Assembly (NCBI GenBank): GCA_965261005.1
Contig: OZ253375.1
Span: 716,057 to 780,056 of the forward strand
Direction: 5' to 3'
Source of the DNA: Deinococcus sp.
GTDB lineage: Bacteria; Deinococcota; Deinococci; Deinococcales; Deinococcaceae
DNA: 64,000 nt
Positions 19,034-30,640 of this stretch are shown piece after piece. Position 1 is the stretch's first letter; every line of letters starts with the position of its first letter. The position numbers and the translations under genes are program-made. The notes beneath the pieces were generated by a model. It searched no databases. It was not told the DNA's origin and saw only the letters and a list, made by a program, of their open reading frames with translations.

Positions 19034-19074
19034 CCCCTCATCATGCCGGCAGGTCGGGTGGCCATGGTGTGCCG
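18769..19074. repeat. Direct repeat copy B, partner at 15201-15507
   Basis: See copy A. Confidence 0.85.
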
Positions 19075-19122
19075 CGCTTGTTCTGGCTGGGCTTGTTCTG
19101 ACTACAGTTGGTATAACCAGGC

Positions 19123-19854
19123 GTGAACCCACTCTTCGACTTGAGCGGCAAGCGCGCCTTGGTGACGGGGGCGAGCCGGGGCATCGGCCTGGCGGCGGCG
19201 CGCGCCCTCCAGGACCTGGGCGCCGAGGTCATCATCTGCGCGCGCGGCGAGGCGGCGCTGCGTGAGGCGGCAATGGGGCTGGGCGTGGGGGCCATTGCCG
19301 CCGATTTGAGCGATTCCGGCGACATTGAGCGTCTGCTCACCCAGGCCGGCGACCTCGACATTCTGGTCAGCAACGCGGGCGGGCCGCCCGTCGGGGTGAC
19401 CAGCCAGCTGGACGACGCGGCCTGGGCGCGCGGCTTCGAGCTGACCTTTATGTCCACGGTGCGCCTCGCGCGCGGGGCGCTGCCGCACATGCGCCGCCAG
19501 GGGTGGGGCCGCGTGATCGCCATCACCAGCCTGACGGTCGGGCGGCCCAGCCCCGAACTGCCGGTGTCGAACGCCATGCGCGCGGGCGTGACCAACTTCG
19601 CGCGCTCGCTTGCCTTGGAGGTGGCCGCGGGGGGCGTCACGGTCAACACCGTCGCCCCCGGCTACACCGCCACCGAGCGGCTGCGCGAGGTGACCAAAAA
19701 TCCCGAGGACCGGCGGCGCGTGCTGGACCGCTTGCCCGCGCGCCGCTTCGGCGCCCCCGAAGAGGTCGCCCACGCGGTCGCCTTTCTCGCCAGCCCGGGC
19801 GCCGCCTACATGACCGGGCAGGAGCTGCTGGTGGACGGGGGATGGAGCATCTGA
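19123..19854 (+). CDS. SDR-family oxidoreductase (FabG-like)
   Basis: VTGASRGIGLAAA, NAGG, S...Y(not classical)...PGYTAT, MTGQELLVDGG. Confidence 0.88.
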   Translation: MNPLFDLSGKRALVTGASRGIGLAAARALQDLGAEVIICARGEAALREAAMGLGVGAIAADLSDSGDIERLLTQAGDLDILVSNAGGPPVGVTSQLDDAAWARGFELTFMSTVRLARGALPHMRRQGWGRVIAITSLTVGRPSPELPVSNAMRAGVTNFARSLALEVAAGGVTVNTVAPGYTATERLREVTKNPEDRRRVLDRLPARRFGAPEEVAHAVAFLASPGAAYMTGQELLVDGGWSI

Positions 19855-19862
19855 GCTGACTT

Positions 19863-20285
19863 TTAGATGGCCACCTCCGGCCGCTCCAGAACAGCTTCCA
19901 GCGCGATCTCGGCGTTTAAGGTGGCGGCCACCGAGCAGTACTTTTCGTGCGACAGCCGGGCGGCGCGCGTCAGGGCCTCCTCGGTCACGCCCTCGCCCCA
20001 CGCGACGTGGCGCACGGTAATGTGGGTGAAGCGGCGCGGTTGGCTTTCCGCGCGCTCGCCCTCCACCTCGATGCGGTAGCTGGTCAGCGGCGTCCTCTTC
20101 TTGTTCATCACCGTCACCACGTCGTAGGCGGTGCAGCTGGCGAGGGCGGCCAAGAGGGCCTCGGTGGGGCGCACGCCCACCGCCAGGGGCGAGGCGTCAA
20201 TCAAAAGCTGCTGGCCGCGCTCGTTGAAGCCGGCGTAGCGTTGCTCGCCCAAATGATGCACGGTCATCTTCATGGTTTGGCTCAT
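19863..20285 (-). CDS. OsmC-family protein
   Basis: PTEALLAALASCTAYDV and HEKYCSVAATL give the two-Cys OsmC pattern. Confidence 0.85.
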   Translation of the reverse strand: MSQTMKMTVHHLGEQRYAGFNERGQQLLIDASPLAVGVRPTEALLAALASCTAYDVVTVMNKKRTPLTSYRIEVEGERAESQPRRFTHITVRHVAWGEGVTEEALTRAARLSHEKYCSVAATLNAEIALEAVLERPEVAI

Positions 20286-20300
20286 GGCCGGATTAAAGCA

Positions 20301-21587
20301 TCAAACGGGAGGATGGTCCGTTTTCAGATTCAGGGGTTCGCCCACCGCCTCGTCCTCGTCCTCGATCACGGCGCCCAGGCACACCCGGAAGGTCGCGCCG
20401 CCGCCCGGCGTGTCCAGCACCTCGATGCGCCCCTTGTGCGCCTGCACCACCTGCTGAGCGATGGTGAGGCCGAGTCCCGCGCTGCCGGCCTCCTTGCCAC
20501 GGTAGAACTTGTCGAAGATGCGCCCCTTGATGGCGTCCGGAATGCCCGGCCCCCGGTCAATCACGTCCGCCTCGATCCAGGCGCCCGCCGCCCTCGCCTC
20601 GACGCGCACCAGGTTGGGGCTGCCGCACACCCGCACCGCGTTGGACACCAGATTGCCGAAGACCTGAGACAAGCGCACCGGGTCGCCCACCACCTCCAAA
20701 ACTGCGGGCGACTGCACCCGCACGCCGTGGTCACGGCCCACTTGGGCGAGCAGCACCGACACATCGAGAAAGTGCGGCTCGATGGTGGACTGCACCAACT
20801 CGTTGCGCGACAGCTGAAGGAGGTCGTTGACCAGGCGGGTCATGTTCTCGGCCACGCGAATGGAGTCGGCAATGGTCTGGCTCGCGCCCATCTCGCGCTG
20901 AGCGCGGCGCAGGTAGCCGAGGAGGGCGGTCAGCGGGGTGCGCAGCTCGTGGCTGGTCTCGGCCAAAAAGGTCTTTTGCAGCTTGAGGGCCTCTTCGAGC
21001 TGGCCGGCGGTCTCCTCCAGCTTGAGGCGCCCTTCCTCGGCCACCTTGTTGAGGCGCTCGACTTCCTCTAGGCGCGCTTGCAAGGCCCAGTTGAGATCGC
21101 GAATCTCGGCCTCGGCCTTTTCACGGCGCCCGCGCTCGGCCGCCTCGGAAAGGGCGCGCACCACCGCCGGCACCAAGCGCTCCAGGCGCTGCTTGAGCAC
21201 GTAGTCGGTCACGCCCTTGCGCAACGTCTCGACCGCGACCTCCTCGCCCATCGCCCCCGTCACGATCAAAAACGGCATGTGCCGGAAGTAGCGCCGCACG
21301 TATTCGTAGGCGCTCATGCCGTCGTAGTCGGGCAGCGAGTAGTCCGACAGCACCAGGTGGGGGGCGTAGTCCGACAAGGCGCGGGTAAACGAGGCCTCGT
21401 CCTCCACCTGAAGCACCTCGCAGTTCCAAGGCAGCTCGCCGCCCTCCAGCATGGCCCGGACCAGCTCGTGGTCGAGCAGGTTGTCCTCCAAGTGCAGCAC
21501 GCGCAGGGTGTCGGGAAAGCCGTAGGCGTCCGCTTCTCTTTGAAAAGGGTCTCTTTGAGAAGAGTGTTGTTGAAATGAATCGTTCAT
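20301..21587 (-). CDS. Hybrid REC-histidine kinase (N-terminal receiver, coiled coil, HisKA, HATPase_c)
   Basis: REC LVLSDYSLPDYDG...KGVTDYVLK. H-box FLAETSHELRTPLTAL. GLGLTIAQQVVQAHKG. Confidence 0.88.
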   Translation of the reverse strand: MNDSFQQHSSQRDPFQREADAYGFPDTLRVLHLEDNLLDHELVRAMLEGGELPWNCEVLQVEDEASFTRALSDYAPHLVLSDYSLPDYDGMSAYEYVRRYFRHMPFLIVTGAMGEEVAVETLRKGVTDYVLKQRLERLVPAVVRALSEAAERGRREKAEAEIRDLNWALQARLEEVERLNKVAEEGRLKLEETAGQLEEALKLQKTFLAETSHELRTPLTALLGYLRRAQREMGASQTIADSIRVAENMTRLVNDLLQLSRNELVQSTIEPHFLDVSVLLAQVGRDHGVRVQSPAVLEVVGDPVRLSQVFGNLVSNAVRVCGSPNLVRVEARAAGAWIEADVIDRGPGIPDAIKGRIFDKFYRGKEAGSAGLGLTIAQQVVQAHKGRIEVLDTPGGGATFRVCLGAVIEDEDEAVGEPLNLKTDHPPV

Positions 21588-24500
21588 GACGTTCCTCCTG
21601 AAACGGCGCCGCGCCCCGCCAGCGATGGGGCCGCCAGCGGCAAGGCCACGAAAAAGCTGGCCCCGCCGTCCAACTCGCTTTCCGCCCAGACCCGGCCGCC
21701 GTGACGGCCGACAATGCGCCGCACGTTGGCGAGGCCGATGCCGGTGCCCTCGAACTCCTCGCTGCGGTGCAGGCGCTGAAAGACCCCGAACAGCTTGTCC
21801 GCGAAGCGGCTGTCAAAGCCCACGCCGTTGTCGCGCACCTCGATAATGGCCTCGCCGCCCCGCTCGTGCGCGCTCAGCTCGACGCGGCTGAGCGCGCGCT
21901 TGCGGCTGTACTTGAGGGCGTTGGCCAACAGGTTGGTGAAGACCAGCTTGAGCAGGCCCGCGTCGCCCTGCACGGTGGGCAGGTCGCCCAGGCGCCACTC
22001 CACTTGCCGATTCTCGTACTCGTGCAGCAGCTCGCCGCGCACCTCGCGCACGGTCACGTTGAGGTCCACCGGCGCGAGGCGCAGTTCCTGGCGACCCATG
22101 CGCGAAAAGCCCAGCAAGTCGTCAATCAGGGCGCTCATGCGCGTGGCGGCGTCCGTGATAATGCCCAGGTAGCGCTCCGCCTTGTCGCCGAGGTTGCCGT
22201 CCGTCTCCTTGCGCAGCAAATCGCCGAAGCCCACGATGTGCCGCAACGGGGTGCGCAGGTCGTGCGACACCGAGTAGCTGAAGGCCTCCAATTCCTGGTT
22301 GGCCTCCAGCAGCTCGCGCGTGCGCACCTGCACCCGGCTCTCCAGGCTTTGGTTGAGTTCGTTCATGGCGCGCTCGGCCTCCCGCGCCTGCACGAACAGG
22401 CGTTGGTTGTCGAGCACGGTGGTCATGCGGTTCACCACCTCCTGCGCGAGCTGCACGTCGCGCGGCTCGGGCGCGTGGTCGTAGCCGAGCAGCAGGGCGC
22501 CCAGCGGGGCCTCGTCGCGCGCCACCAGCGGCAAGGCCACCATCCGCCTGAGTCCCACGGCCGCGAGGCCGGGCGTCGGGCTGACCACCTGGAGCGTTCC
22601 CGAGGCCATCACGGCCCCCACGAGCTGACGGGCGCCCTCGGCGTGCGCCTGGAGCAGTTCCGAGATGTCGGCGCTTTGCGCGGCGTGCAGGCGGCGCAGC
22701 TCGCCGTCCTCCTCAAGCCACAGCGTGGCGCTTTGCACGAAGCGCTGGGTGAACGCCCTCAGCACGCCGGTCCAGTCGCGCGCCTCGCCGAGGGGAGCCG
22801 CGATCAGGCGCCCCACGTCGGCCAGCAGCCGCGAGCTGGCCTCGGCGTAGGTCTGGTCCTCGACGTCGTTGGCGGCGCCGACCCACTCGATCACATCCCC
22901 TCTAAGGCCGGCCCCATCGCGAATCGGGGCGCCGCGCAGCACGAAGGTCCGGTAAACGCCGTCCGCACGCCGCAGGCGGACTTCCTGCGCGAAGGGGGCG
23001 CCGCTTTCCAAGGAGTGCCGCTGGGCCGCTTGAAAGCGCGCCCAGTCGGCCGCGTACACGACCTCCGGCGAAAAGCCGCCCTGGGCATGCGCCTCGCCCA
23101 CGTACTCGGCCCAGCGGCGGTTGAAGTAGCTGGTCTGCCCCCCCGCGTCACTCAGCCACACGATCTGCGGCAGGCCCTCGATCAGGCCGCGGTAGCGCGC
23201 CTCCGAGCGCCGGAGTTGCCCCTCAAAGGCCATGCGCTCGTCGATGTCGGTGCAGGTGCCCACCCACTCGATCACCGCGCCGCTCGCGTCGCGAATGGCG
23301 CTGGCGCGGCCCACGAACCAGTGGTACTCGCCGTCATGGCGGCGAAAGCGGTACTCGATCTGGTAAGGTTCGCCGTCCTTCCACGAACGCTCCCAAGCGG
23401 CCAAGGTGCGCGCCACGTCGTCCGGGTGCAGCGCCTCCGCGAAGCCGTAGTTGAGGGACGCCTCCTCGCTGAGGCCGGTGTAGGCGTACCAGCCGCCGTT
23501 GTAGTAGAGGTGCTTGCCCTGGGGGTCCGTCACCCACACCATCTGCGGCAGCGCCTCCAAGACGCCCCGGTAGCGCAACTCGCTTTCGCGCAGCGAGGCG
23601 CGCGAGGCGGCCAAGCTCAGCGCCAAGTCCTCGGCGCGCTCGCGCGCGCCCACTTGGCGCAGGGTGCCCCAAAAGAGGGTCAGCGCGACGGCGCCGCCCA
23701 GCAGCGCGATGAAGAGGGGCACGAAGCGCAGGGTGTCCGCGCCGAACTGCGGCCCGGCGCGGTACGCCAGCGTCCAGATTCGCCCGCCCACGTCGAGGGT
23801 ACGCGTATCGGCAAAGGCTTTCCGTGAACCGCTTTGCCCGTACAGCACGTCGGCGCCGTCTTGCACCCTCAGCGAGACGGCGCCGTAGCGGCCCGCCACC
23901 TTCAGGCTCCCGACAAAGTCGCCGAAGCGAAACGGCGCGTACACCACGCCGACCACCGCCGCGCGGCGCTCCGCCGGCGTGTCGGTCCCGGCGCCCGCGC
24001 GGTACACCGGCAAGTACAGCAAAAATCCGCTCTGCTGCCGCGCCTTGAGGTCTTCTTGGACCAAGCGAATTGGGGCGGAGGCCGCCACCTGGCCGCTTGC
24101 CACGGCGCGCTCGATGGCGGCGCGGCGCTTTGGTTCGGAGAACATGTCGTACCCGAGGGCGTACTGGTTGGCCGCGTCGCGCGGCTCCAGGTAGGTGACC
24201 GGCACGTAGGCGGGGCGCTCGCCGGGCGGAAACACCCGGTAGCTCTCGGCCCCCTGGGCGCGCAGATCGCGCTGCAAGGCGCCCAAGCCGGACGGCCCCA
24301 AAAGGGCGGCGAAGCCGAGGCCCTGAAGGCCGGGATACTGCTGGGGCAAGTTCAGCGCGGCCACATAGCGCGCGAACTCGTCGCGCGACACGCTTTCCTG
24401 CACGTTCCACAGCCCGCGCGTGGCGCGCATCACGTCCAGATAGCCGTCCAGCCGCTGGGCGACCGACTGCGTGAGGGTGTCCACCTCGCGTGTGAAGCGC

Positions 24501-24637
24501 GCCTGCTGCTGCAACTGCACCAGGTGGCGCACGAACAGCGCGCTGAGCAGCGTCAGCGACAAGATCAAGGCCAGCACCAAAAAGGCCCAATTGACGGGCC
24601 GGCGGCGCAACGTGAAGGTGGTCGGCGACTTCGCCAT
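21584..24637 (-). CDS. CHASE-PAS-PAS-GAF sensor histidine kinase
   Basis: Start at MAKSPTTF (24637). TM helix, CHASE-like periplasmic domain (YPGLQGLGF...YVPVTYLEP...LGYDMFSEPKRR...LVQE...GFLLYLPVY), two PAS domains (WVTDPQGKHLYYN; WLSDAGGQTSYFN). H-box FSYSVSHDLRTPLRHI, GTGIGLANVRRIVGRHGG. 4-nt overlap with the downstream REC-HK gene. Confidence 0.88.
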   Translation of the reverse strand: MAKSPTTFTLRRRPVNWAFLVLALILSLTLLSALFVRHLVQLQQQARFTREVDTLTQSVAQRLDGYLDVMRATRGLWNVQESVSRDEFARYVAALNLPQQYPGLQGLGFAALLGPSGLGALQRDLRAQGAESYRVFPPGERPAYVPVTYLEPRDAANQYALGYDMFSEPKRRAAIERAVASGQVAASAPIRLVQEDLKARQQSGFLLYLPVYRAGAGTDTPAERRAAVVGVVYAPFRFGDFVGSLKVAGRYGAVSLRVQDGADVLYGQSGSRKAFADTRTLDVGGRIWTLAYRAGPQFGADTLRFVPLFIALLGGAVALTLFWGTLRQVGARERAEDLALSLAASRASLRESELRYRGVLEALPQMVWVTDPQGKHLYYNGGWYAYTGLSEEASLNYGFAEALHPDDVARTLAAWERSWKDGEPYQIEYRFRRHDGEYHWFVGRASAIRDASGAVIEWVGTCTDIDERMAFEGQLRRSEARYRGLIEGLPQIVWLSDAGGQTSYFNRRWAEYVGEAHAQGGFSPEVVYAADWARFQAAQRHSLESGAPFAQEVRLRRADGVYRTFVLRGAPIRDGAGLRGDVIEWVGAANDVEDQTYAEASSRLLADVGRLIAAPLGEARDWTGVLRAFTQRFVQSATLWLEEDGELRRLHAAQSADISELLQAHAEGARQLVGAVMASGTLQVVSPTPGLAAVGLRRMVALPLVARDEAPLGALLLGYDHAPEPRDVQLAQEVVNRMTTVLDNQRLFVQAREAERAMNELNQSLESRVQVRTRELLEANQELEAFSYSVSHDLRTPLRHIVGFGDLLRKETDGNLGDKAERYLGIITDAATRMSALIDDLLGFSRMGRQELRLAPVDLNVTVREVRGELLHEYENRQVEWRLGDLPTVQGDAGLLKLVFTNLLANALKYSRKRALSRVELSAHERGGEAIIEVRDNGVGFDSRFADKLFGVFQRLHRSEEFEGTGIGLANVRRIVGRHGGRVWAESELDGGASFFVALPLAAPSLAGRGAVSGGTS

Positions 24638-24645
24638 GCAGCGCC

Positions 24646-25452
24646 TCAGTTTACCGCTTGGCGCGCCGCCGACAGAAACACTTCGGCGCCCACGTCCGCG
24701 CCGGTCCACAGCGCAAAGCTCAGCCGCGCTTGGTGGGCCAGCATGCCCAAACCGTTTTCGGCGCGGTACCCGCGTCCACGCGCCTCGCGCAGCAAACGGG
24801 TCTCCAGCGGGCGGTACACCATGTCGTAGACCAGAGCTTCCGGAGACAGTTCTGGAAAGGCGGGCAGCGGCAGTTCGTCCGGGGCGTTCAGGCCGGCCGA
24901 GGTGGCGTTGATGAGCAAGCGCAGCGACATCCAGGGCAGCTCCGTGAAGCTGGCCGCGCGAGCACCGAATTCTGCGGCCAAGCGGCCCGCCCTCTGCGGC
25001 GTGCGGTTCCAGATCCACACCTGGCGACCCCCCTGCGCCAGCGCGTACACGGCGGCGCGCGCCGCGCCGCCCGCGCCCAGCACGGCGGCGGGTCCGGGCG
25101 GCGCCTGGGCGTCCCCCAGGGCGGCCAGCAACCCGGACGCGTCGGTGTTGTCGCCGTAGAGCGCCCCCCCGCGCACGACCAGCGTGTTCAGCGCGCCAAT
25201 GCGCCGGGCCGCCCCGCTCAAGCTGCCGACAAGTCCCACGGCCGCCTCTTTGTGCGGCAAGCTGAGGTTGGCGCCCAGCGCACCCGAAGCGGAGAGGGCG
25301 CGCAGCTTGGCGGCCAACCCGTCCGGCGGCACCCGCACGGCTTGGTATGTGCCGTCCAGGCCGGCGGCGGCGAAGGCGGCGGCGTGCATGGCCGGCGACA
25401 GCGAGTGCGCGGCGGGGTCGGCGAACAGGTAGGCGCGCAAGGGGACGGGCAC
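24646..25452 (-). CDS. aroE: Shikimate dehydrogenase
   Basis: ADPAAHSLSPAMHAAAF, NLSLPHK, NTL, GDNTDASG, VLGAGGAARA, NRT, INATSAG, YDMVY. Start uncertain (GTG 25452 chosen; the ORF is open further upstream). Confidence 0.85.
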   Translation of the reverse strand: MPVPLRAYLFADPAAHSLSPAMHAAAFAAAGLDGTYQAVRVPPDGLAAKLRALSASGALGANLSLPHKEAAVGLVGSLSGAARRIGALNTLVVRGGALYGDNTDASGLLAALGDAQAPPGPAAVLGAGGAARAAVYALAQGGRQVWIWNRTPQRAGRLAAEFGARAASFTELPWMSLRLLINATSAGLNAPDELPLPAFPELSPEALVYDMVYRPLETRLLREARGRGYRAENGLGMLAHQARLSFALWTGADVGAEVFLSAARQAVN

Positions 25453-25631
25453 GCCGCAGGGTAACGCGGCGCAAACGGCGCAAATGGGGCGGGGGCCGGG
25501 CAAGTGTGCCTCAAGGCACTTCTGTGGCGGACGCGAATGCCAAAATAAAGGCGAGCAATGACCTTTCCACCCTCGCCGCCCCGCTGCCCCGCGCAGGGGG
25601 CCGCGCGCCGTTTTGGCGCGCAGGAGACCAG

Positions 25632-27821
<2,190 letters not shown>

Positions 27822-27825
27822 ACCC

Positions 27826-28305
27826 TTGATCGACTTGGTCGTTCGTAAAACGCCCCCGCCCGGCGTGCGGCCCACCCTGCGCCGTTCGCTCACGGCGGTC
27901 ATGCGCCACTTCGGGGTGGCGGACAAGGCAGTGACGCTGGTCCTGATCGGCGACCGCGCCATGCGGCGGCTCAAACGCGAGGCTTGGGGCGAGGACGCGA
28001 CCACCGACGTGCTCTCGTTTCCCAGCTACGTTCCCGGCGACCCCTTCGTGCCGCCGCACCTGGGCGACATCTTTATCAGTTTGGACACGGCGGCCCGGCA
28101 GGCGGAAGCGCGCGGCGTTGACCTCGGGCGCGAGGTGGCGTTGCTGGCGTCGCATGGTCTGACCCACCTGATGGGCTTCGACCATCCGCACGCGCGGGGA
28201 CTCGGCTACGAGGAGGGGGCGGTCGGGCCGGAATGGGACCCGTTCCACACGGCGTGGCGAGCGGCCCAGCGCGAATTGGCGCGGGTGGGGTTAGAAGATG
28301 GCTGA
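27826..28305 (+). CDS. ybeY: rRNA maturation endoribonuclease YbeY
   Basis: TDVLSFP, LGDIFIS, HGLTHLMGFDH zinc motif. TTG start 27826 is 5 nt after the phoH stop. Confidence 0.9.
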   Translation: MIDLVVRKTPPPGVRPTLRRSLTAVMRHFGVADKAVTLVLIGDRAMRRLKREAWGEDATTDVLSFPSYVPGDPFVPPHLGDIFISLDTAARQAEARGVDLGREVALLASHGLTHLMGFDHPHARGLGYEEGAVGPEWDPFHTAWRAAQRELARVGLEDG

Positions 28306-28660
28306 GCGGGGCCGCTCGCTGCTGGCGCCGTTCCAGTTCGCTTGGGCCGGCGTGCGCGCGGGGTGGCGCCTTCAGCGTAACTTCCGCATCGAGGTGGTCT
28401 GCGCCGCCCTGGCCCTGGGGGCGGCGTGGTGGCTGGGGGCGCCGCTCACCCCCATCGTGCTGGCCTGCGCCTTGGTGCTGTCGCTGGAACTGCTGAACTC
28501 GGCCGTGGAGGCGACCGTGGACCTCGTCTCGCCCGAGTGGCACCCGCTCGCCAAGCTCGCCAAGGACGCGGCGGCGGGCGCCGTACTCCTGGCCGCCTTA
28601 GGGACTTTGGGGGTGGCGGCGCTGGAACTGTTGCCCCGATTGCTCGGCAAGCTCGGCTGA
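28298..28660 (+). CDS. dgkA: Diacylglycerol kinase (prokaryotic DgkA family)
   Basis: NFRIEVVCAALAL, LELLNSAVEATVDLVSPEWHPLAKLAKDAAAGAVL. Confidence 0.88.
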   Translation: MAERGRSLLAPFQFAWAGVRAGWRLQRNFRIEVVCAALALGAAWWLGAPLTPIVLACALVLSLELLNSAVEATVDLVSPEWHPLAKLAKDAAAGAVLLAALGTLGVAALELLPRLLGKLG

Positions 28661-28768
28661 AGGTGAAGAGCGTTCTGCGCTTACCAAGTGGCCGGGAGCG
28701 GGCATGGTATGCTTGGTCCGTTTTATGGACGACCCCCCCAGTTTTGACTTTCCAACCCCGGTTGCTGA

Positions 28769-28799
28769 CGTCCCGGCGCCTGTTCGCGGGACGGTTTTT
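28769..28799 (+). terminator. Terminator-like hairpin downstream of dgkA, inside the 245-nt leader of the CorC-type gene
   Basis: CGTCCCG-gcgcctgttcg-CGGGACG then gTTTTTg. Confidence 0.5.
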
Positions 28800-28906
28800 G
28801 TTGGGGGCCGGTTTCGTTCACCTTCGCTTGAGGGGCGCCCTCGCGCCCTTCCGACGCGCGCCACGCTCTGGTCTCGCGCGTCCGGCGCTTTGGAGCGCGC
28901 CCCTGA

Positions 28907-30242
28907 ATGAATGACTGGCTGGGCATCGCGGCCCTTTTTCTGTTGGTGCTGTTCAACGGCTTTTTCGTGGCGGCCGAGTACGCCCTCGTCAGCGTGCGGC
29001 GCACCCGCATCGACCAGCGCGCCGAGGAAGGCAGCTCCAGCGCCAAGCTGGTGCAGCGCGTGCTCGGCAACCTGAACCTCTACATCGCCGCCATTCAGCT
29101 CGGCGTCTCAATGGCCAGCCTCGCCATCGGCTTCGTGGCCGAGCCGGCCATCGAACACCTGGTGCGCCCGCTGTTGGTGGGCGCCGGCATGCAGGGCGAG
29201 TCGGCCATCACGGCGGTCTCATTCACCATCGCCTTTGTGCTCTCGACCACGCTGCACATCGTCTTCGGCGAGCTGTTTCCCAAGTCGGCGGCGCTTCAGC
29301 GCACCGAGGAAGTGGTCCTGAGCTTCACCCGCCCCTTGGTGCTGTTCACGGCGGTGTTCCGGCCGGTCATTCTGGCGCTGAACTTCTTCGGCGCCGTGGT
29401 GCTGCGTCTGTTCGGCCTCAAGGCCAACGCCGAGCATCCCATCGCGCACTCCGAGGAGGAGATTCGCATGATCGTCACGGCGTCGAGCCAGGAGGGGGTG
29501 CTGGCCGACTCCGAACGCGAGTTGGTCAACAACGTCTTCGACCTCGCCGACACCGCCGTGCGCTCGATCATGACGCCGCGGGTGGACATGGTGATGGTGG
29601 AGGGCGCCTGGTCGCTGCGCGGCGTGCTGGAGCTGTACGAGCGCCACAACTATTCGCGGGTGCCGGTGTTTTCGGAGTCCCCCGACAACGTGATCGGCGT
29701 GGTCCACACCCCCGACGTGCTCAAACATTTGCACGAACTCGACCACGTGACCGCCCGCGACATCATGCGCCCCACCTACTACGCGCCCGAGAGCATGCGG
29801 GTCAGCGATTTGCTGCGGACCATGCGCGAGCGCAAGGGGCACATGGCCATCGTGGTGGACGAGTTCGGCGGCACGGCGGGGGTGGTGACCTTGGAGGACG
29901 TCCTCGAAGAGATCGTGGGAGAAATCTACGACGAGACCGACGACGAGGAGGTGCAGCGCGTGGTGCGGCTCTCGGACCACGAGTATCTGCTCGACGCTTC
30001 TCTGGACGTGGACGAGGTGGAGACGCTGCTCGTCACCGAACTGGATGAGGAAGAGGAGCATGAGTTCGATACCCTGGGCGGCTTCGTGACCCAGCACTTC
30101 GGCTACATTCCGCAGCCGGGCGAGGTCTTCGAGTGGGAAGGCTGGACCTACGCCGTCGAGGAGGCCGACCAGCGCCGGGTGGTGCGGGTGCGCGCCAGCA
30201 AACCCCTCATGGAAGAGGTCGGTTTGGAGGACGAGGTCGCCC

Positions 30243-30253
<11 letters not shown>
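28907..30253 (+). CDS. CNNM/HlyC/CorC-family transporter (DUF21 + CBS pair + CorC_HlyC)
   Basis: N-terminal DUF21 (NGFFVAAEYALVSVRR), CBS region (IMTPRVDMV...YSRVPVF...), CorC_HlyC C-terminus (FDTLGGFVTQHFGYIPQPGE). Confidence 0.9.
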
Positions 30254-30632
<379 letters not shown>

Positions 30633-30640
30633 AGTAGAGC

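Noticed and set aside
21701-25464. Long plus-strand ORFs (21701-23827, 23834-24829, 24658-25464) and minus-strand out-of-frame ORFs (23334-24590) across the CHASE kinase and aroE
   Set aside because: All are antisense or out of frame relative to genes with strong motif support. Their translations are Arg/Gly/Ala-rich with no motifs.
24638-25483. N-terminal 282 codons of the 1299-aa ORF-track version of the CHASE kinase
   Set aside because: This part is an Arg-rich translation running through aroE out of frame on the same strand. The kinase sequence proper begins at MAKSPTTF followed by the first TM helix, so the start was set at 24637.
25347-25631. ATG 25347 as the phoH start
   Set aside because: It would add about 95 Arg-rich residues overlapping aroE on the opposite strand. 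Conserved PhoH sequence begins near LQLASPEEAFALLG, so a TTG or GTG start near the repeats is more plausible.
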